Source of the DNA: an uncultured Syntrophaceae bacterium
Lineage (GTDB): Bacteria; Desulfobacterota; Syntrophia; Syntrophales; UBA2185
Reading direction: 5' to 3'
Length of the DNA: 64,000 bases
Assembly (NCBI GenBank): GCA_964564625.1
Contig: CAZMBE010000012.1
Location: 6,011-70,010 of the forward strand
This document shows positions 19,609-29,173 of the stretch, in pieces (position 1 is the stretch's first letter; each line of letters opens with the position of its first letter). The notes beneath the pieces were generated by a model. The model saw nothing but the letters and a program-made list of their open reading frames with translations. It was not told where the DNA came from and did no database searches. Made by a program: the position numbers and the translations under genes.

Positions 19609-22197
19609 ATGAGATTCGACAAATTTACATTAAAGGTCCAGGAAGCGCTGCAGGAAGCGCAAGCACTGGCAAATCACTACGGGCATCAGGCTGTCGACGT
19701 GGAGCATGTTCTGGCGTCACTGCTGGCCCAGCCGGAAGGTATCACCGGAGAAACATTCAAAATAATGGGAATAGATCCCAAGAGCATTGAAGATGAACTT
19801 AAAAAATCACTGGGAAAGCTGCCGAAAGTGGAAGGTTCAGGCACAGGCCAGGCATACATGACTCCCAGATTAAATAAAGTATTTGATAACGCCCTTGTTG
19901 AGGCAGCACGTCTCAAGGACGAATACGTGAGCGCCGAGCATATTCTGCTCGCCATCGTGGAAGAAAAGGAAGGGTCTGCCGGAAAGATCCTGCGGGACAA
20001 AGGCATCACAAAAAATAATATTTTCAAAGTTCTCGTAGAAATCAGGGGAAGCCAGAGAATTACCGACCCGAACCCTGAAGAGAAGTATCAGGCACTGAAA
20101 CGTTATGCCAGAGATTTCAATGAGCTGGCCCGAAAGGGAGCTTTCGATCCTGTCATCGGGCGTGATGACGAAATCAGGAGAATCATGCAGGTTCTCTCCC
20201 GGAGAACAAAGAATAATCCTGTTCTTATAGGGGAACCGGGTGTAGGAAAGACGGCTATCGTAGAAGGACTCGCCCAGCGCATCGTCAACGGTGACGTACC
20301 GGAAACCTTGAAAGATAAACGCGTTATCGGTCTGGACATCGGGGCTCTGGTCGCTGGAGCAAAATACCGGGGAGAGTTCGAAGACAGGCTCAAAGCGGTA
20401 CTCAAAGAAATTACAGGAGCCGAGGGAGAAATAATTCTTTTTATTGATGAAATACACACAGTAGTGGGAGCCGGCGCAGCGGAAGGGGCTGTTGACGCAT
20501 CCAATATGTTGAAACCGGCTCTGGCAAGAGGAGAATTGCGCTGCATAGGCGCAACGACATTAAATGAGTACCGGAAGCATATAGAAAAAGACCCGGCCCT
20601 GGAACGGAGATTTCAACCGATCATCGTGAGGGAACCGACGGTGGAAGATACCATCGCCATTCTCCGGGGTCTAAAAGAACGATATGAGGTACACCATGGA
20701 GTACGGATTAAGGATTCCGCGATCATTGCGGCGGCAACACTTTCCAGCCGCTACATAAGCGACAGGTTTTTGCCGGATAAGGCCGTAGATCTTGTAGATG
20801 AGGCTGCCTCACGCCTGCGCATCGAGTTGGACAGCATGCCGTCGGAGATTGACATAATAGAGAGAAAAATAATGCAACTGGAAATTGAACGGCAGTCTCT
20901 GAAGAACGATATGGAGAAAACCACGCAGGAGAGGAGAAGCAAGATCGATAAGGAACTCTCGGAACTGAGGGAGTCCATGGAAACAATGAAGGCGCACTGG
21001 GCCGGGGAAAAAGAAATAATCCGGCAAATACAGAGCATCAAGAGTAAGATCGAAGACTACAAAACAGACGAGCTTCATGCCCAGAGGGAGGGAAACCTCG
21101 CCAGGGCGGCGGAGATCCGATACGGGAAACTTGTCGAGCTGAATAAAGAGCTGGACCAAAAACATGCCAGACTTTCCGAAATCCAGAAAGATAATAAAAT
21201 GCTGAAAGAGGAAGTTGACGCTGAAGACGTGGCGGAGGTTGTCGCAAACTGGACAGGCATTCCCGTATCTCGCATGCTGGAAAGCGATATCCAGAAACTC
21301 ATCCATATGGAAGAGAGGTTGAAGAAAAGAGTCATTGGTCAGGATGAGGGCATTGTCGCAGTCTCAAGCGCCCTGCGCAGGGCCCGATCCGGACTCCAGG
21401 ATCCGAACAGGCCCATCGGATCTTTCATATTCCTGGGACCGACGGGCGTCGGGAAAACGGAACTCGCAAGAGCACTTGCTGAATTCATGTTCGACAATGA
21501 GCAGGCCATGATCAGAATCGACATGTCCGAATATATGGAAAAACATTCCGTCGCGAGACTGATCGGTGCGCCTCCCGGCTATGTGGGGTACGATGAGGGC
21601 GGATTCCTCACGGAGGCTGTGCGCAGAAGGCCATATACTGTGGTTCTTTTCGACGAAATTGAAAAGGCGCACATGGATGTGTTCAACATCCTGCTTCAGA
21701 TTCTCGATGACGGCCGCTTGACCGATGGGCATGGGAGGACCGTAGATTTTAAAAATACCATCATCATTATGACTTCAAATATAGGCGGGCACTTGATACA
21801 TGAGATTGCTCTCAGCGATGAAGAAAAACGTACGAGAACCATGGACCTGCTCAGGTCTACCTTCAGACCGGAGTTTCTGAACCGCATAGACGATATTGTC
21901 ACCTTCAGATCATTAACCACTCATGATATCGACAGGATTATCGATATTCAGATCGATCTGATACAAAAAAGACTCAAGGAACGCAAGTTGACACTCGAAT
22001 TGACAGAAAATGCAAAAAAATATATAGCTAAAACCGGATACAGTCCCGTGTATGGTGCACGGCCACTCAAAAGGGCGCTCCAAAAACTGCTTCTGGACAA
22101 TCTTTCCCTGAAGCTTCTGGATGGAACGTTTACGGAAGGAAACCACATTATGGTTGATGCGACAGACAGCGGTGAAATGATGTTTGAAAAAAGATAA
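19609..22197 (+). CDS. clpB: ATP-dependent chaperone ClpB
   Basis: Two AAA modules ([15 protein letters not shown]; [17 protein letters not shown]), coiled-coil M domain, YGARPLKR. Confidence 0.97.
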   Translation: MRFDKFTLKVQEALQEAQALANHYGHQAVDVEHVLASLLAQPEGITGETFKIMGIDPKSIEDELKKSLGKLPKVEGSGTGQAYMTPRLNKVFDNALVEAARLKDEYVSAEHILLAIVEEKEGSAGKILRDKGITKNNIFKVLVEIRGSQRITDPNPEEKYQALKRYARDFNELARKGAFDPVIGRDDEIRRIMQVLSRRTKNNPVLIGEPGVGKTAIVEGLAQRIVNGDVPETLKDKRVIGLDIGALVAGAKYRGEFEDRLKAVLKEITGAEGEIILFIDEIHTVVGAGAAEGAVDASNMLKPALARGELRCIGATTLNEYRKHIEKDPALERRFQPIIVREPTVEDTIAILRGLKERYEVHHGVRIKDSAIIAAATLSSRYISDRFLPDKAVDLVDEAASRLRIELDSMPSEIDIIERKIMQLEIERQSLKNDMEKTTQERRSKIDKELSELRESMETMKAHWAGEKEIIRQIQSIKSKIEDYKTDELHAQREGNLARAAEIRYGKLVELNKELDQKHARLSEIQKDNKMLKEEVDAEDVAEVVANWTGIPVSRMLESDIQKLIHMEERLKKRVIGQDEGIVAVSSALRRARSGLQDPNRPIGSFIFLGPTGVGKTELARALAEFMFDNEQAMIRIDMSEYMEKHSVARLIGAPPGYVGYDEGGFLTEAVRRRPYTVVLFDEIEKAHMDVFNILLQILDDGRLTDGHGRTVDFKNTIIIMTSNIGGHLIHEIALSDEEKRTRTMDLLRSTFRPEFLNRIDDIVTFRSLTTHDIDRIIDIQIDLIQKRLKERKLTLELTENAKKYIAKTGYSPVYGARPLKRALQKLLLDNLSLKLLDGTFTEGNHIMVDATDSGEMMFEKR

Positions 22198-22209
22198 TCA
22201 AGGAGGATT

Positions 22210-23061
22210 TTGATGAATACAATTAAGACAGGTGTATTGCTCGGAGCCTTGACGGGCCTCTTGATGCTTATAGGAGGATATTTTGGAGGAAAAAGCGGCG
22301 TTGTCATGGCGTTTATGTTCGCCATGCTGATGAACTTCGGGGCCTACTGGTTCTCTGACAAGATCGTATTACGCATGTACAGCGCACAAAAAGTTTCGGA
22401 AAGCGAAGCCCCCGATCTTTACCGAATGGTGAAGGATCTGGCATTAAAAGCGGGACTCCCCATGCCCAAGGTCTATATTGTCCCCGGGGACACACCGAAT
22501 GCCTTCGCCACTGGCCGGAATGAAAACCATGCTGTCGTCGCTGTCACGGAAGGAATCCTGAGAATGCTCAACAGAGACGAACTGGAAGGAGTTCTCGCCC
22601 ATGAATTGACCCATATCAAGAATAAAGATATGCTCATCGGATCCATTGCGGCAACCATTGCCGGAGCAATTGTAATGCTGGCACACATGGCGCAATGGGC
22701 GGCAATCTTCGGAGGAGGAAGCCGTGGTGAGGATGAAGAAGGCGGCGGTGTGATTGGGCTTATTCTTATGGCGATTCTCGCCCCTATTGCCGCGACAATT
22801 ATTCAAATGGCAATTTCCCGTTCTCGCGAATACCTTGCCGATGAAGGCGGTGCACAGGTATCCGGCAAACCTTACGGGCTGGCAGGCGCTCTCGAAAAGC
22901 TATCAAGGGCATCTCAGGCAATCCCGATGAATGCGAATCCGTCTACGGCTCATATGTTTATTGTAAACCCCCTGACGGGAAAATCCCTCATGAATCTCTT
23001 CAGCACCCATCCCCCCATAGAGGAGCGTATTGCAAGGCTGAGGAGCATGAAACCGCGATAA
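22210..23061 (+). CDS. htpX: Zinc metalloprotease HtpX
   Basis: [16 protein letters not shown] (HExxH), [22 protein letters not shown]. Confidence 0.96.
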   Translation: MMNTIKTGVLLGALTGLLMLIGGYFGGKSGVVMAFMFAMLMNFGAYWFSDKIVLRMYSAQKVSESEAPDLYRMVKDLALKAGLPMPKVYIVPGDTPNAFATGRNENHAVVAVTEGILRMLNRDELEGVLAHELTHIKNKDMLIGSIAATIAGAIVMLAHMAQWAAIFGGGSRGEDEEGGGVIGLILMAILAPIAATIIQMAISRSREYLADEGGAQVSGKPYGLAGALEKLSRASQAIPMNANPSTAHMFIVNPLTGKSLMNLFSTHPPIEERIARLRSMKPR

Positions 23062-23287
23062 AAACATTCTCCTATATCCACTCGCGGGAGGCAGACGGAG
23101 AAATGGCGCAAGAGGCAGTTAACTGGAAGGAAATTCTTTCTAATATTGAGTATTCAGCAAACTATTCATTCTACTATGCGATAGCAGGGACGTCCATATA
23201 GTCAGGATTGAGCCGGGATAGGACAGGAAAATCTCTTTCATCTCCTTTCTGTTTCAATTCTGAATACTTATTGAGAAGGAGACAAAT

Positions 23288-23695
23288 ATGGAAGACGAGA
23301 AAAAAGAAAAGGGATTCGTGATTAAGGATAAACGACTTTTTGATGAGTCTGGAGAAACTCGCCAGGAAGAGTTAAAAAAAGAAGAATCAACGATAGAGGA
23401 CAAGCCTCCGGAAGAGAAGAGTGAGGAAACATCCCGGGAGGAATATTTTCCCGAAGTCACCTTTTCCACCTTCGTACTTTCACTCAGTACAACCGCCATG
23501 TATCACTTTGGAGATTTTCCTGATCCCGTGACAAAGAAAGCGGAAAAAAATCTTACGGCAGCAAAACAAACCATTGATATGTTGAACATGATAAAGATTA
23601 AGACGGCTGGAAATCTTGATAATAATGAAAAATCCCTTCTGGAGGGAATCCTGTATGAATTAATGATGAGGTATGTGAAAGAAAAGGCCCAGTGA
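23288..23695 (+). CDS. DUF1844 domain protein
   Basis: GFVIKDKR N-terminus; FSTFVLSLS..AKQTIDML..KTAGNL..LYELMMRYV pattern. Confidence 0.8.
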   Translation: MEDEKKEKGFVIKDKRLFDESGETRQEELKKEESTIEDKPPEEKSEETSREEYFPEVTFSTFVLSLSTTAMYHFGDFPDPVTKKAEKNLTAAKQTIDMLNMIKIKTAGNLDNNEKSLLEGILYELMMRYVKEKAQ

Positions 23696-24537
23696 TGATG
23701 CAGAAATTATCACCGGCAAAAATTAATCTTCACTTGCGCGTTCTTGGAAAGCGGAGAGATGGTTATCATGACATAGCAACATTACTGCACCCCATTAGTC
23801 TATATGACGAAATGATATTCCGCCCCGCCGATCACGGAATCACTATACGCTGCCCGGATAGCTCTATTCCAGAAAATGAAGATAACCTTGTGTACAAAGC
23901 TGCGGATGCCCTTCTATCCCAGGCATCATGTTCATCGGGAATTCATATTACTATCACCAAGAGAATCCCCGTGGGGGCAGGACTGGGGGGGGGCAGTTCC
24001 AATGCCGCAACAACCCTGACAACCATAAACGATTTAATGGGACTTCATTATACACGTGAGGAACTCATGCAAATAGGTGCGAATATAGGCGCGGATATTC
24101 CATTTTTTATATTTGGAAAATCGGCATGGGCATTTGGCATCGGTGACCAACTCCAAGCCATTGAATATATTCCATTATTGTGGTTTGTCCTGATAAATCC
24201 CGGTTTCGAAGTCTCCACAAGAATGATTTATGAAAATTTTAATTTAAGATTGACAAAACAGGCAGTAAAGTATACATGTCCAGCACTTTACACGGTTGAA
24301 GAATTGATAAAGGGACTCCACAATGACTTGGAAATGGTTACCCTGGGTCTCTATCCTGAATTGCAGTATATAAAGAATTATCTCATGCAGAATGGCGCTT
24401 TGGGCTCTTTAATGTCCGGCAGCGGCCCGACCGTGGCGGGGATTTTCACAGAAGAAAAAGAAGCACTCAAGGCGAAAGAAGCCATAGAAAGCATCAGGGA
24501 GAAGAACTGGTCCGTAGTTGTCGCTCATTCTTTATGA
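23692..24537 (+). CDS. ispE: 4-diphosphocytidyl-2-C-methyl-D-erythritol kinase
   Basis: SPAKINLHLRV, RDGYHDI, KRIPVGAGLGGGSSNAA, LMSGSGPTV. Confidence 0.96.
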   Translation: MMMQKLSPAKINLHLRVLGKRRDGYHDIATLLHPISLYDEMIFRPADHGITIRCPDSSIPENEDNLVYKAADALLSQASCSSGIHITITKRIPVGAGLGGGSSNAATTLTTINDLMGLHYTREELMQIGANIGADIPFFIFGKSAWAFGIGDQLQAIEYIPLLWFVLINPGFEVSTRMIYENFNLRLTKQAVKYTCPALYTVEELIKGLHNDLEMVTLGLYPELQYIKNYLMQNGALGSLMSGSGPTVAGIFTEEKEALKAKEAIESIREKNWSVVVAHSL

Positions 24538-24662
24538 GAGGCGCAGAGCAGACTTTCCACGACCCAAAATATCATGTTCTTTTTACAACACGGCTGCAGT
24601 GTTTCTTCTCTTAGTGTCAATGGCACGCAATAGAGCTTTTGAACTTTTTTTATACTGAAGAT

Positions 24663-24737
24663 TGGGGCGTCGTCAAGCGGTAAGACACAAGATTTTGGTT
24701 CTTGCATACGGAGGTTCGAATCCTCCCGCCCCAGCCA
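24663..24737 (+). tRNA. tRNA-Gln(TTG)
   Basis: TGGGGCG/CGCCCCA acceptor, CAAGA-TTTTGGT-TCTTG anticodon arm, TTCGAAT T loop, CCA; conserved ispE-tRNAGln-prs position. Confidence 0.95.
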
Positions 24738-24791
24738 TAAAAAATCATCGAATGAACTTGTCACCCGCCAACAGCGGGAGAAAGGGTCAAC

Positions 24792-25733
24792 ATGCTCGAT
24801 AGAATAAGAATATTTACGGGTAATGCGAATATATCTCTTGCCCAAAATATATGTGAAAAACTGGGGGTATCATTAGGCAAGGCCAATGTTTCAACATTCA
24901 GTGATGGCGAAACGAGGGTGGAAATCAACGAGAATGTGCGGGGTATGGACGTCTTCATTATCCAGTCTACATGCCCTCCCGTTAATATCACGCTTGTGGA
25001 GCTTCTGATCATGATCGATGCCATGAAGAGGGCATCTGCAGACAGGATCACAGCGGTCATACCTTATTACGGCTATGCAAGGCAGGATAGAAAGGTGGCA
25101 CCGAGGGCGCCGATTTCGGCGAAACTTGTCGCGGACCTTATCACAACAGCGGGGGCAAACCGCGTACTTTCAATAGATCTCCACGCCGGACAGATACAGG
25201 GTTTTTTTAACATTCCCGTCGATAACCTTTATGCAACACCAGTTCTCTTAGAGTACATCAGGAAAAATTATCAGGGAAATATTGTCATCGTTTCACCTGA
25301 TACGGGCGGTGTCGAAAGGGCAAGGGCGTTCGGTAAACGCTTAGGACTTAACATTGCCATTGTCGATAAAAGAAGAGAAGGACCTAACGAATCTACAGTT
25401 ATGAATATTATCGGTGATGTAAAAGGAGCAAGAGTAATAGTTCTTGACGACATGATTGATACCGCAGGAACCATAGCACATGCAGCCGATGCTCTCCAAC
25501 AGGCAGGAGCCTTGGAAGTTTCCGTCTGTTGCACCCATCCCGTTCTTTCAGGACCTGCTATCGAGAGACTTGAAAACTCAAATCTTAAGGAGATTATCGT
25601 CACAGATACGATACCCTTGCATGATAAAGCACGGGCATGTAACCGCATTAAAGTTCTTTCCGTGGCGGGTCTAATTAGTGAAGCCGTTCGGCGTATCTAT
25701 TATAACGATTCAGTACATTCGCTTTTTATATAG
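24792..25733 (+). CDS. prs: Ribose-phosphate pyrophosphokinase
   Basis: [51 protein letters not shown]. Confidence 0.97.
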   Translation: MLDRIRIFTGNANISLAQNICEKLGVSLGKANVSTFSDGETRVEINENVRGMDVFIIQSTCPPVNITLVELLIMIDAMKRASADRITAVIPYYGYARQDRKVAPRAPISAKLVADLITTAGANRVLSIDLHAGQIQGFFNIPVDNLYATPVLLEYIRKNYQGNIVIVSPDTGGVERARAFGKRLGLNIAIVDKRREGPNESTVMNIIGDVKGARVIVLDDMIDTAGTIAHAADALQQAGALEVSVCCTHPVLSGPAIERLENSNLKEIIVTDTIPLHDKARACNRIKVLSVAGLISEAVRRIYYNDSVHSLFI

Positions 25734-25742
25734 GAGGATTAA

Positions 25743-26372
25743 ATGGAAGTAAATGAATTAAAGGCCACTCTCCGTAATACTACCGGAAAAGGTGTTGCTC
25801 GAAGATTGAGAAAAAGCGGTTTGGTTCCCGCAGTCGTTTACGGTAATAATAAGGACACTCTCCTGTTAGCCGTAAACACTAATGAATTAACAAAACTCTT
25901 AAGGGGCAAAGAAGAAAATGTATTCATCAACTTGCGCGTTGAGAACGGGAAAATAATTGAAAAATTTACCCTTATCAAGGAACTGCAGTTAAATCCTGTC
26001 ACTGGAAAATTCCTTCATGTCGACTTTTGCGAAATCGATAAACAACAAGCCATTACCCTTGATATACCGATTCACTTCACAGGAGAGGCCGTGGGTGTCG
26101 AAATGGGCGGCGATCTTCATCATGTGAAGAGAGAAATAAAGGTATCATGCCTCTTTGCAGTGTTACCCGATTTTTTTGAGGTAGATGTGAGCCATCTTAA
26201 TATCGGTGATTCAATAAAGGTACAAGACTTGAAGCTGCCTGAGGGTATTACCATACTTGACTCTGAGGATACAATTTTAGCATCAGTTACCGCACCAAAA
26301 ACTACCGTACAAGCTGAACAGATAGAAGCAGTGGAACCGGTAGTGGAGGAGGAATCGAAGGAACAGAGCTGA
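25743..26372 (+). CDS. rplY: 50S ribosomal protein L25/general stress protein Ctc
   Basis: GKGVARRLRK..VPAVVYG, LHVDF, DVSHLNIGDSIKVQDL. Confidence 0.95.
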   Translation: MEVNELKATLRNTTGKGVARRLRKSGLVPAVVYGNNKDTLLLAVNTNELTKLLRGKEENVFINLRVENGKIIEKFTLIKELQLNPVTGKFLHVDFCEIDKQQAITLDIPIHFTGEAVGVEMGGDLHHVKREIKVSCLFAVLPDFFEVDVSHLNIGDSIKVQDLKLPEGITILDSEDTILASVTAPKTTVQAEQIEAVEPVVEEESKEQS

Positions 26373-26417
26373 TAAAATTTAAATGAACGATATCTAAGCA
26401 TCGCAAGGGGTTATTGT

Positions 26418-27023
26418 TTGAAACTTATAGTCGGGCTTGGAAATCCTGGTTTTAAGTACCAGGCCACAAGACACAATATTGGCTTCCTTGCCCTTGATAA
26501 GATTGCTGATACCTATGGCATCTCTATAATCATGAAAAGCTTTAATTCCTGCGTTGGAAGAGGCAAGATCGGTGATATTCCGGTTTTACTGGCCAAGCCA
26601 CAGACTTTCATGAATTTAAGTGGTGTTTCAGTAAGAAAGTGTTCAGATTATTATAAAATTGATCTTGCAGATTTGATTATAGTTCATGACGACATTGATC
26701 TTCCGTTTGGAATGATACGAATAAAAGCTGGCGGAGGCCATGCGGGACACAAAGGCTTAATCTCGATAATAGAATATTTAGGCAATGCGGAATTTATCAG
26801 GTTGAGAGTTGGCATAGGGAAACCGCCTGATAAGTCACTGGTAGAAAAGTATGTTCTTGAAACATTCACTGATGAAGAAGTGAAACTGCTTCCCTTCATT
26901 ACCAACACAGCAAGTAATGCATTAACGGCAATTATTGTGTCTGGTATTCAAGCTGCCATGAACCAGTACAACTGCAAAGGCACTAATCAATCCGCCAAAG
27001 GAGATGATACTCTGCCCTGCTGA
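26418..27023 (+). CDS. pth: Peptidyl-tRNA hydrolase
   Basis: LIVGLGNPG..TRHNIGF, AKPQTFMNLSG, VHDDIDL, GHAGHKGL, RLRVGIG; TTG start. Confidence 0.96.
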   Translation: MKLIVGLGNPGFKYQATRHNIGFLALDKIADTYGISIIMKSFNSCVGRGKIGDIPVLLAKPQTFMNLSGVSVRKCSDYYKIDLADLIIVHDDIDLPFGMIRIKAGGGHAGHKGLISIIEYLGNAEFIRLRVGIGKPPDKSLVEKYVLETFTDEEVKLLPFITNTASNALTAIIVSGIQAAMNQYNCKGTNQSAKGDDTLPC

Positions 27024-27077
27024 TCGTAACTTAATTTCATGTGCGGTTTATCATAACAATATCTTTTCGTACCATAA

Positions 27078-27112
27078 AAGAAGCGTCTCTTCATGAGATG
27101 CTTCTTTTTTTA
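27078..27112 (+). terminator. Intrinsic terminator after pth
   Basis: 12-bp stem AAGAAGCGTCTC/GAGATGCTTCTT, loop TTCAT, then T-run. Confidence 0.8.
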
Positions 27113-27115
27113 TGC

Positions 27116-27144
27116 TTGACAGTAGTAGTAAAAAAACTTAGCGT
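27116..27144 (+). promoter_or_regulatory. sigma70-type promoter candidate for ychF
   Basis: TTGACA-N17-TAGCGT 35 nt upstream of ychF ATG. Confidence 0.5.
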
Positions 27145-27179
27145 TCACATGGAAGCAATTATAATGATGGGATATTACT

Positions 27180-28274
27180 ATGGGATTTCGATGCGGCATT
27201 ATAGGACTTCCGAACGTTGGGAAATCCACTATTTTCAATGCCCTCACGGCCGCAGGCGCTGAGGTTGCCAACTATCCCTTCTGCACTATTGATCCAAACA
27301 TAGGAATTGTACCTGTACCTGACGCAAGACTTGAAACAATCGCGAAAATCATAAAACCTCCCAAGATTACTTACACCACTATAGAATTTCTCGATATAGC
27401 CGGTCTTGTGAGGGGTGCAAGCCGGGGGGAAGGATTGGGAAACAAGTTTCTCGGACACATCAGGGAAGTCGATGCCATTGTGCACATTGTTCGATGCTTT
27501 GACCATCCCTCTGTTTCCCACATATACGGAGCTGTCGATCCCGCCCGCGACATAGAGATAATAAATACCGAATTAATCATTGCTGATTTAGAAACAGTTG
27601 AAAAGAGGATTGCAAAGATCGAAAGGCTTGCAAAAACGGGAGACAGGCTCGCCCGTAAAGAGTTCGACATATGTCTCCATATCAGGGATACTCTGGGAAA
27701 GGGTACCCCTGCACGTAAAAGTATTTTTTCATTGGAAGAGCAACATACCCTTAGCGACCTCCACCTGCTGACAGTTAAAAAAATTCTGTACGTTGCGAAT
27801 GTCAGTGAGGCTGTCCTTAAGGGAAATAATGACTATATTAAGAAAGTAGAATTAATAGCAGAGCAGGAAGGCTTGAAGGTAATCGTCATATGCGGTGATC
27901 TGGAAGCTGAAATAGCAGAACTTCCAAAGGAAGAACAGAGAGAATTTATTCGTGATCTCGGTCTTCAGGAATCTGGTCTCCAGAAATTAATAAAAGAGGG
28001 CTATGAGCTTTTAGGTTTGATTACTTTTTATACTACCGTCGGAACAGAACTTCGGGCCTGGACGATTCCCGACGGAACAAAAGCTCCCGCAGCAGCGGGA
28101 AAAATACATGGAGATATGGAACGAGGTTTTATCAAAGCTGAAATTATTCATTATAACGAATTTATTAAAATTGGCAGTTTGTCAAAAGCGAAAGAACATG
28201 GACTCATTCACTTAGAAGGGAAAGACTATATCCTGCAGGACGGTGATATTGCCTTTTTTCGGTTCAATGTATAA
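27180..28274 (+). CDS. ychF: Redox-regulated ATPase YchF
   Basis: GIIGLPNVGKST, ANYPFCTIDPN, DIAGLVRGASRGEGLGNKFL, GKIHGDMERGFIKAE. Confidence 0.97.
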   Translation: MGFRCGIIGLPNVGKSTIFNALTAAGAEVANYPFCTIDPNIGIVPVPDARLETIAKIIKPPKITYTTIEFLDIAGLVRGASRGEGLGNKFLGHIREVDAIVHIVRCFDHPSVSHIYGAVDPARDIEIINTELIIADLETVEKRIAKIERLAKTGDRLARKEFDICLHIRDTLGKGTPARKSIFSLEEQHTLSDLHLLTVKKILYVANVSEAVLKGNNDYIKKVELIAEQEGLKVIVICGDLEAEIAELPKEEQREFIRDLGLQESGLQKLIKEGYELLGLITFYTTVGTELRAWTIPDGTKAPAAAGKIHGDMERGFIKAEIIHYNEFIKIGSLSKAKEHGLIHLEGKDYILQDGDIAFFRFNV

Positions 28275-28304
28275 ATATTTGTCGGAAGTTACCGTCTTTT
28301 GAAC

Positions 28305-28448
28305 AAAATAAAAGTGGATGGTTAAAGGAGGGAAAACAAACCATCCACCTCTATGTAAACTGAAAGGGACCATACATGCTCGTCCTCTTCAGATTATCTG
28401 TTCAGGGGGCCGGTGGATGGCAAAGGAGGGAATGGAAACCACCCACCG
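28305..28448 (-). ncRNA. Three-hairpin cassette with two anti-SD (CCCUCCUUU) loops ending in a U-tract; candidate sRNA/3'UTR
   Basis: Hairpins at 28314-28348 (perfect 10 bp), 28361-28391 and 28411-28448 (9/10 bp); on the minus strand hairpins 1 and 3 have CCCTCCTTT in the loop; TTTTATTTT follows the last hairpin. Confidence 0.55.
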
Positions 28449-28484
28449 ATTTAACATCAGAAAAACTTTCCAACGTCAGCAGGA

Positions 28485-28742
28485 CTAATCCTCGTGGATA
28501 AAAAAGTCAGGAAGAAAAAAAGTCTTACTTTGGTCTTCTGTAGCTTCTTCTTGTTCCTTTTTCCTTGGTTTTAGTACGGATAATTTTTTTTCTATATTTT
28601 CATTACTCGGTGTAATGAAAAAATCATATTCAAAACCGTATTCATCATTACCGAAATCCGCATCTGGCAAGGAATCTTCCAGACCTTTTGTTTTTTTTAT
28701 TTTATCTTTGCGGTGTTTCCCCTCCTTCTTCATGGAACACAT
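28485..28742 (-). CDS. Orphan small charged protein (85 aa), downstream of sigma54 promoter
   Basis: Open frame; Lys-rich ends, acidic/aromatic core (EYGFEYDFF, TFFLPDFF); no clear RBS upstream of the ATG. Confidence 0.4.
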   Translation of the reverse strand: MCSMKKEGKHRKDKIKKTKGLEDSLPDADFGNDEYGFEYDFFITPSNENIEKKLSVLKPRKKEQEEATEDQSKTFFLPDFFIHED

Positions 28743-28869
28743 TGCCGTTATTGAATATCAATTTTAAGAGACCTCTGAGATCTACCTTTCATATATGCTC
28801 TATCGGCTATTATTCCTAAAGGTCTCTTACGTTCTCGAGAGGTCTCTTATTAAAACTGTTGTTTCTATA

Positions 28870-28887
28870 TTGCAATATTACTGCCAC
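28870..28887 (-). promoter_or_regulatory. sigma54 (-24/-12) promoter
   Basis: Minus strand GTGGCAGTAATATTGCAA = TGGCA-G-N5-TTGCA with exact GG-N10-GC spacing. Confidence 0.8.
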
Positions 28888-29050
28888 TTTTATTTAGAAT
28901 TTTATATTTTGCGTACACACATACCCCAATTCTCCTATATGTACATCAATAACAACTAGTTATATTTTTATTTTAAAAACTATAATATTGTGGTGGGGCT
29001 ATAAGCATAATGTAAAGCATAGGGTTTCACAGGCTTTTTCATACAATGAT

Positions 29051-29157
29051 TTGTGCGACATTCGCACAATACATACGGGATGACATTGGGGGATGCTAAG
29101 CTATTGAGGGCTTTAAGTTGTGTGCAATATCCGCACTTATCGTGCTTAATACGCACA
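29051..29157. promoter_or_regulatory. Three candidate upstream activator sites for the adjacent bEBP
   Basis: TGTGCG-ACATT-CGCACA (29052-29068), TGTGCA-ATATC-CGCACT (29121-29137), CGTGCT-TAATA-CGCACA (29141-29157). Confidence 0.65.
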
Positions 29158-29173
29158 CATTTAGTATAATTAA

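Noticed and set aside
23103-23201. 32-aa ORF MAQEAVNWKEILSNIEY.. between htpX and DUF1844
   Set aside because: SD-like GGAG is only 2 nt from the ATG and no motif is recognisable; cannot be supported.
24621-24637. TGGCAC upstream of tRNA-Gln as a sigma54 promoter
   Set aside because: Spacing is GG-N11-GC and the -12 TTGC element is missing.
28314-28448. Possible CRISPR array
   Set aside because: Only two similar units, palindromic with shared loop sequence, no unique equal-length spacers and no cas genes nearby.
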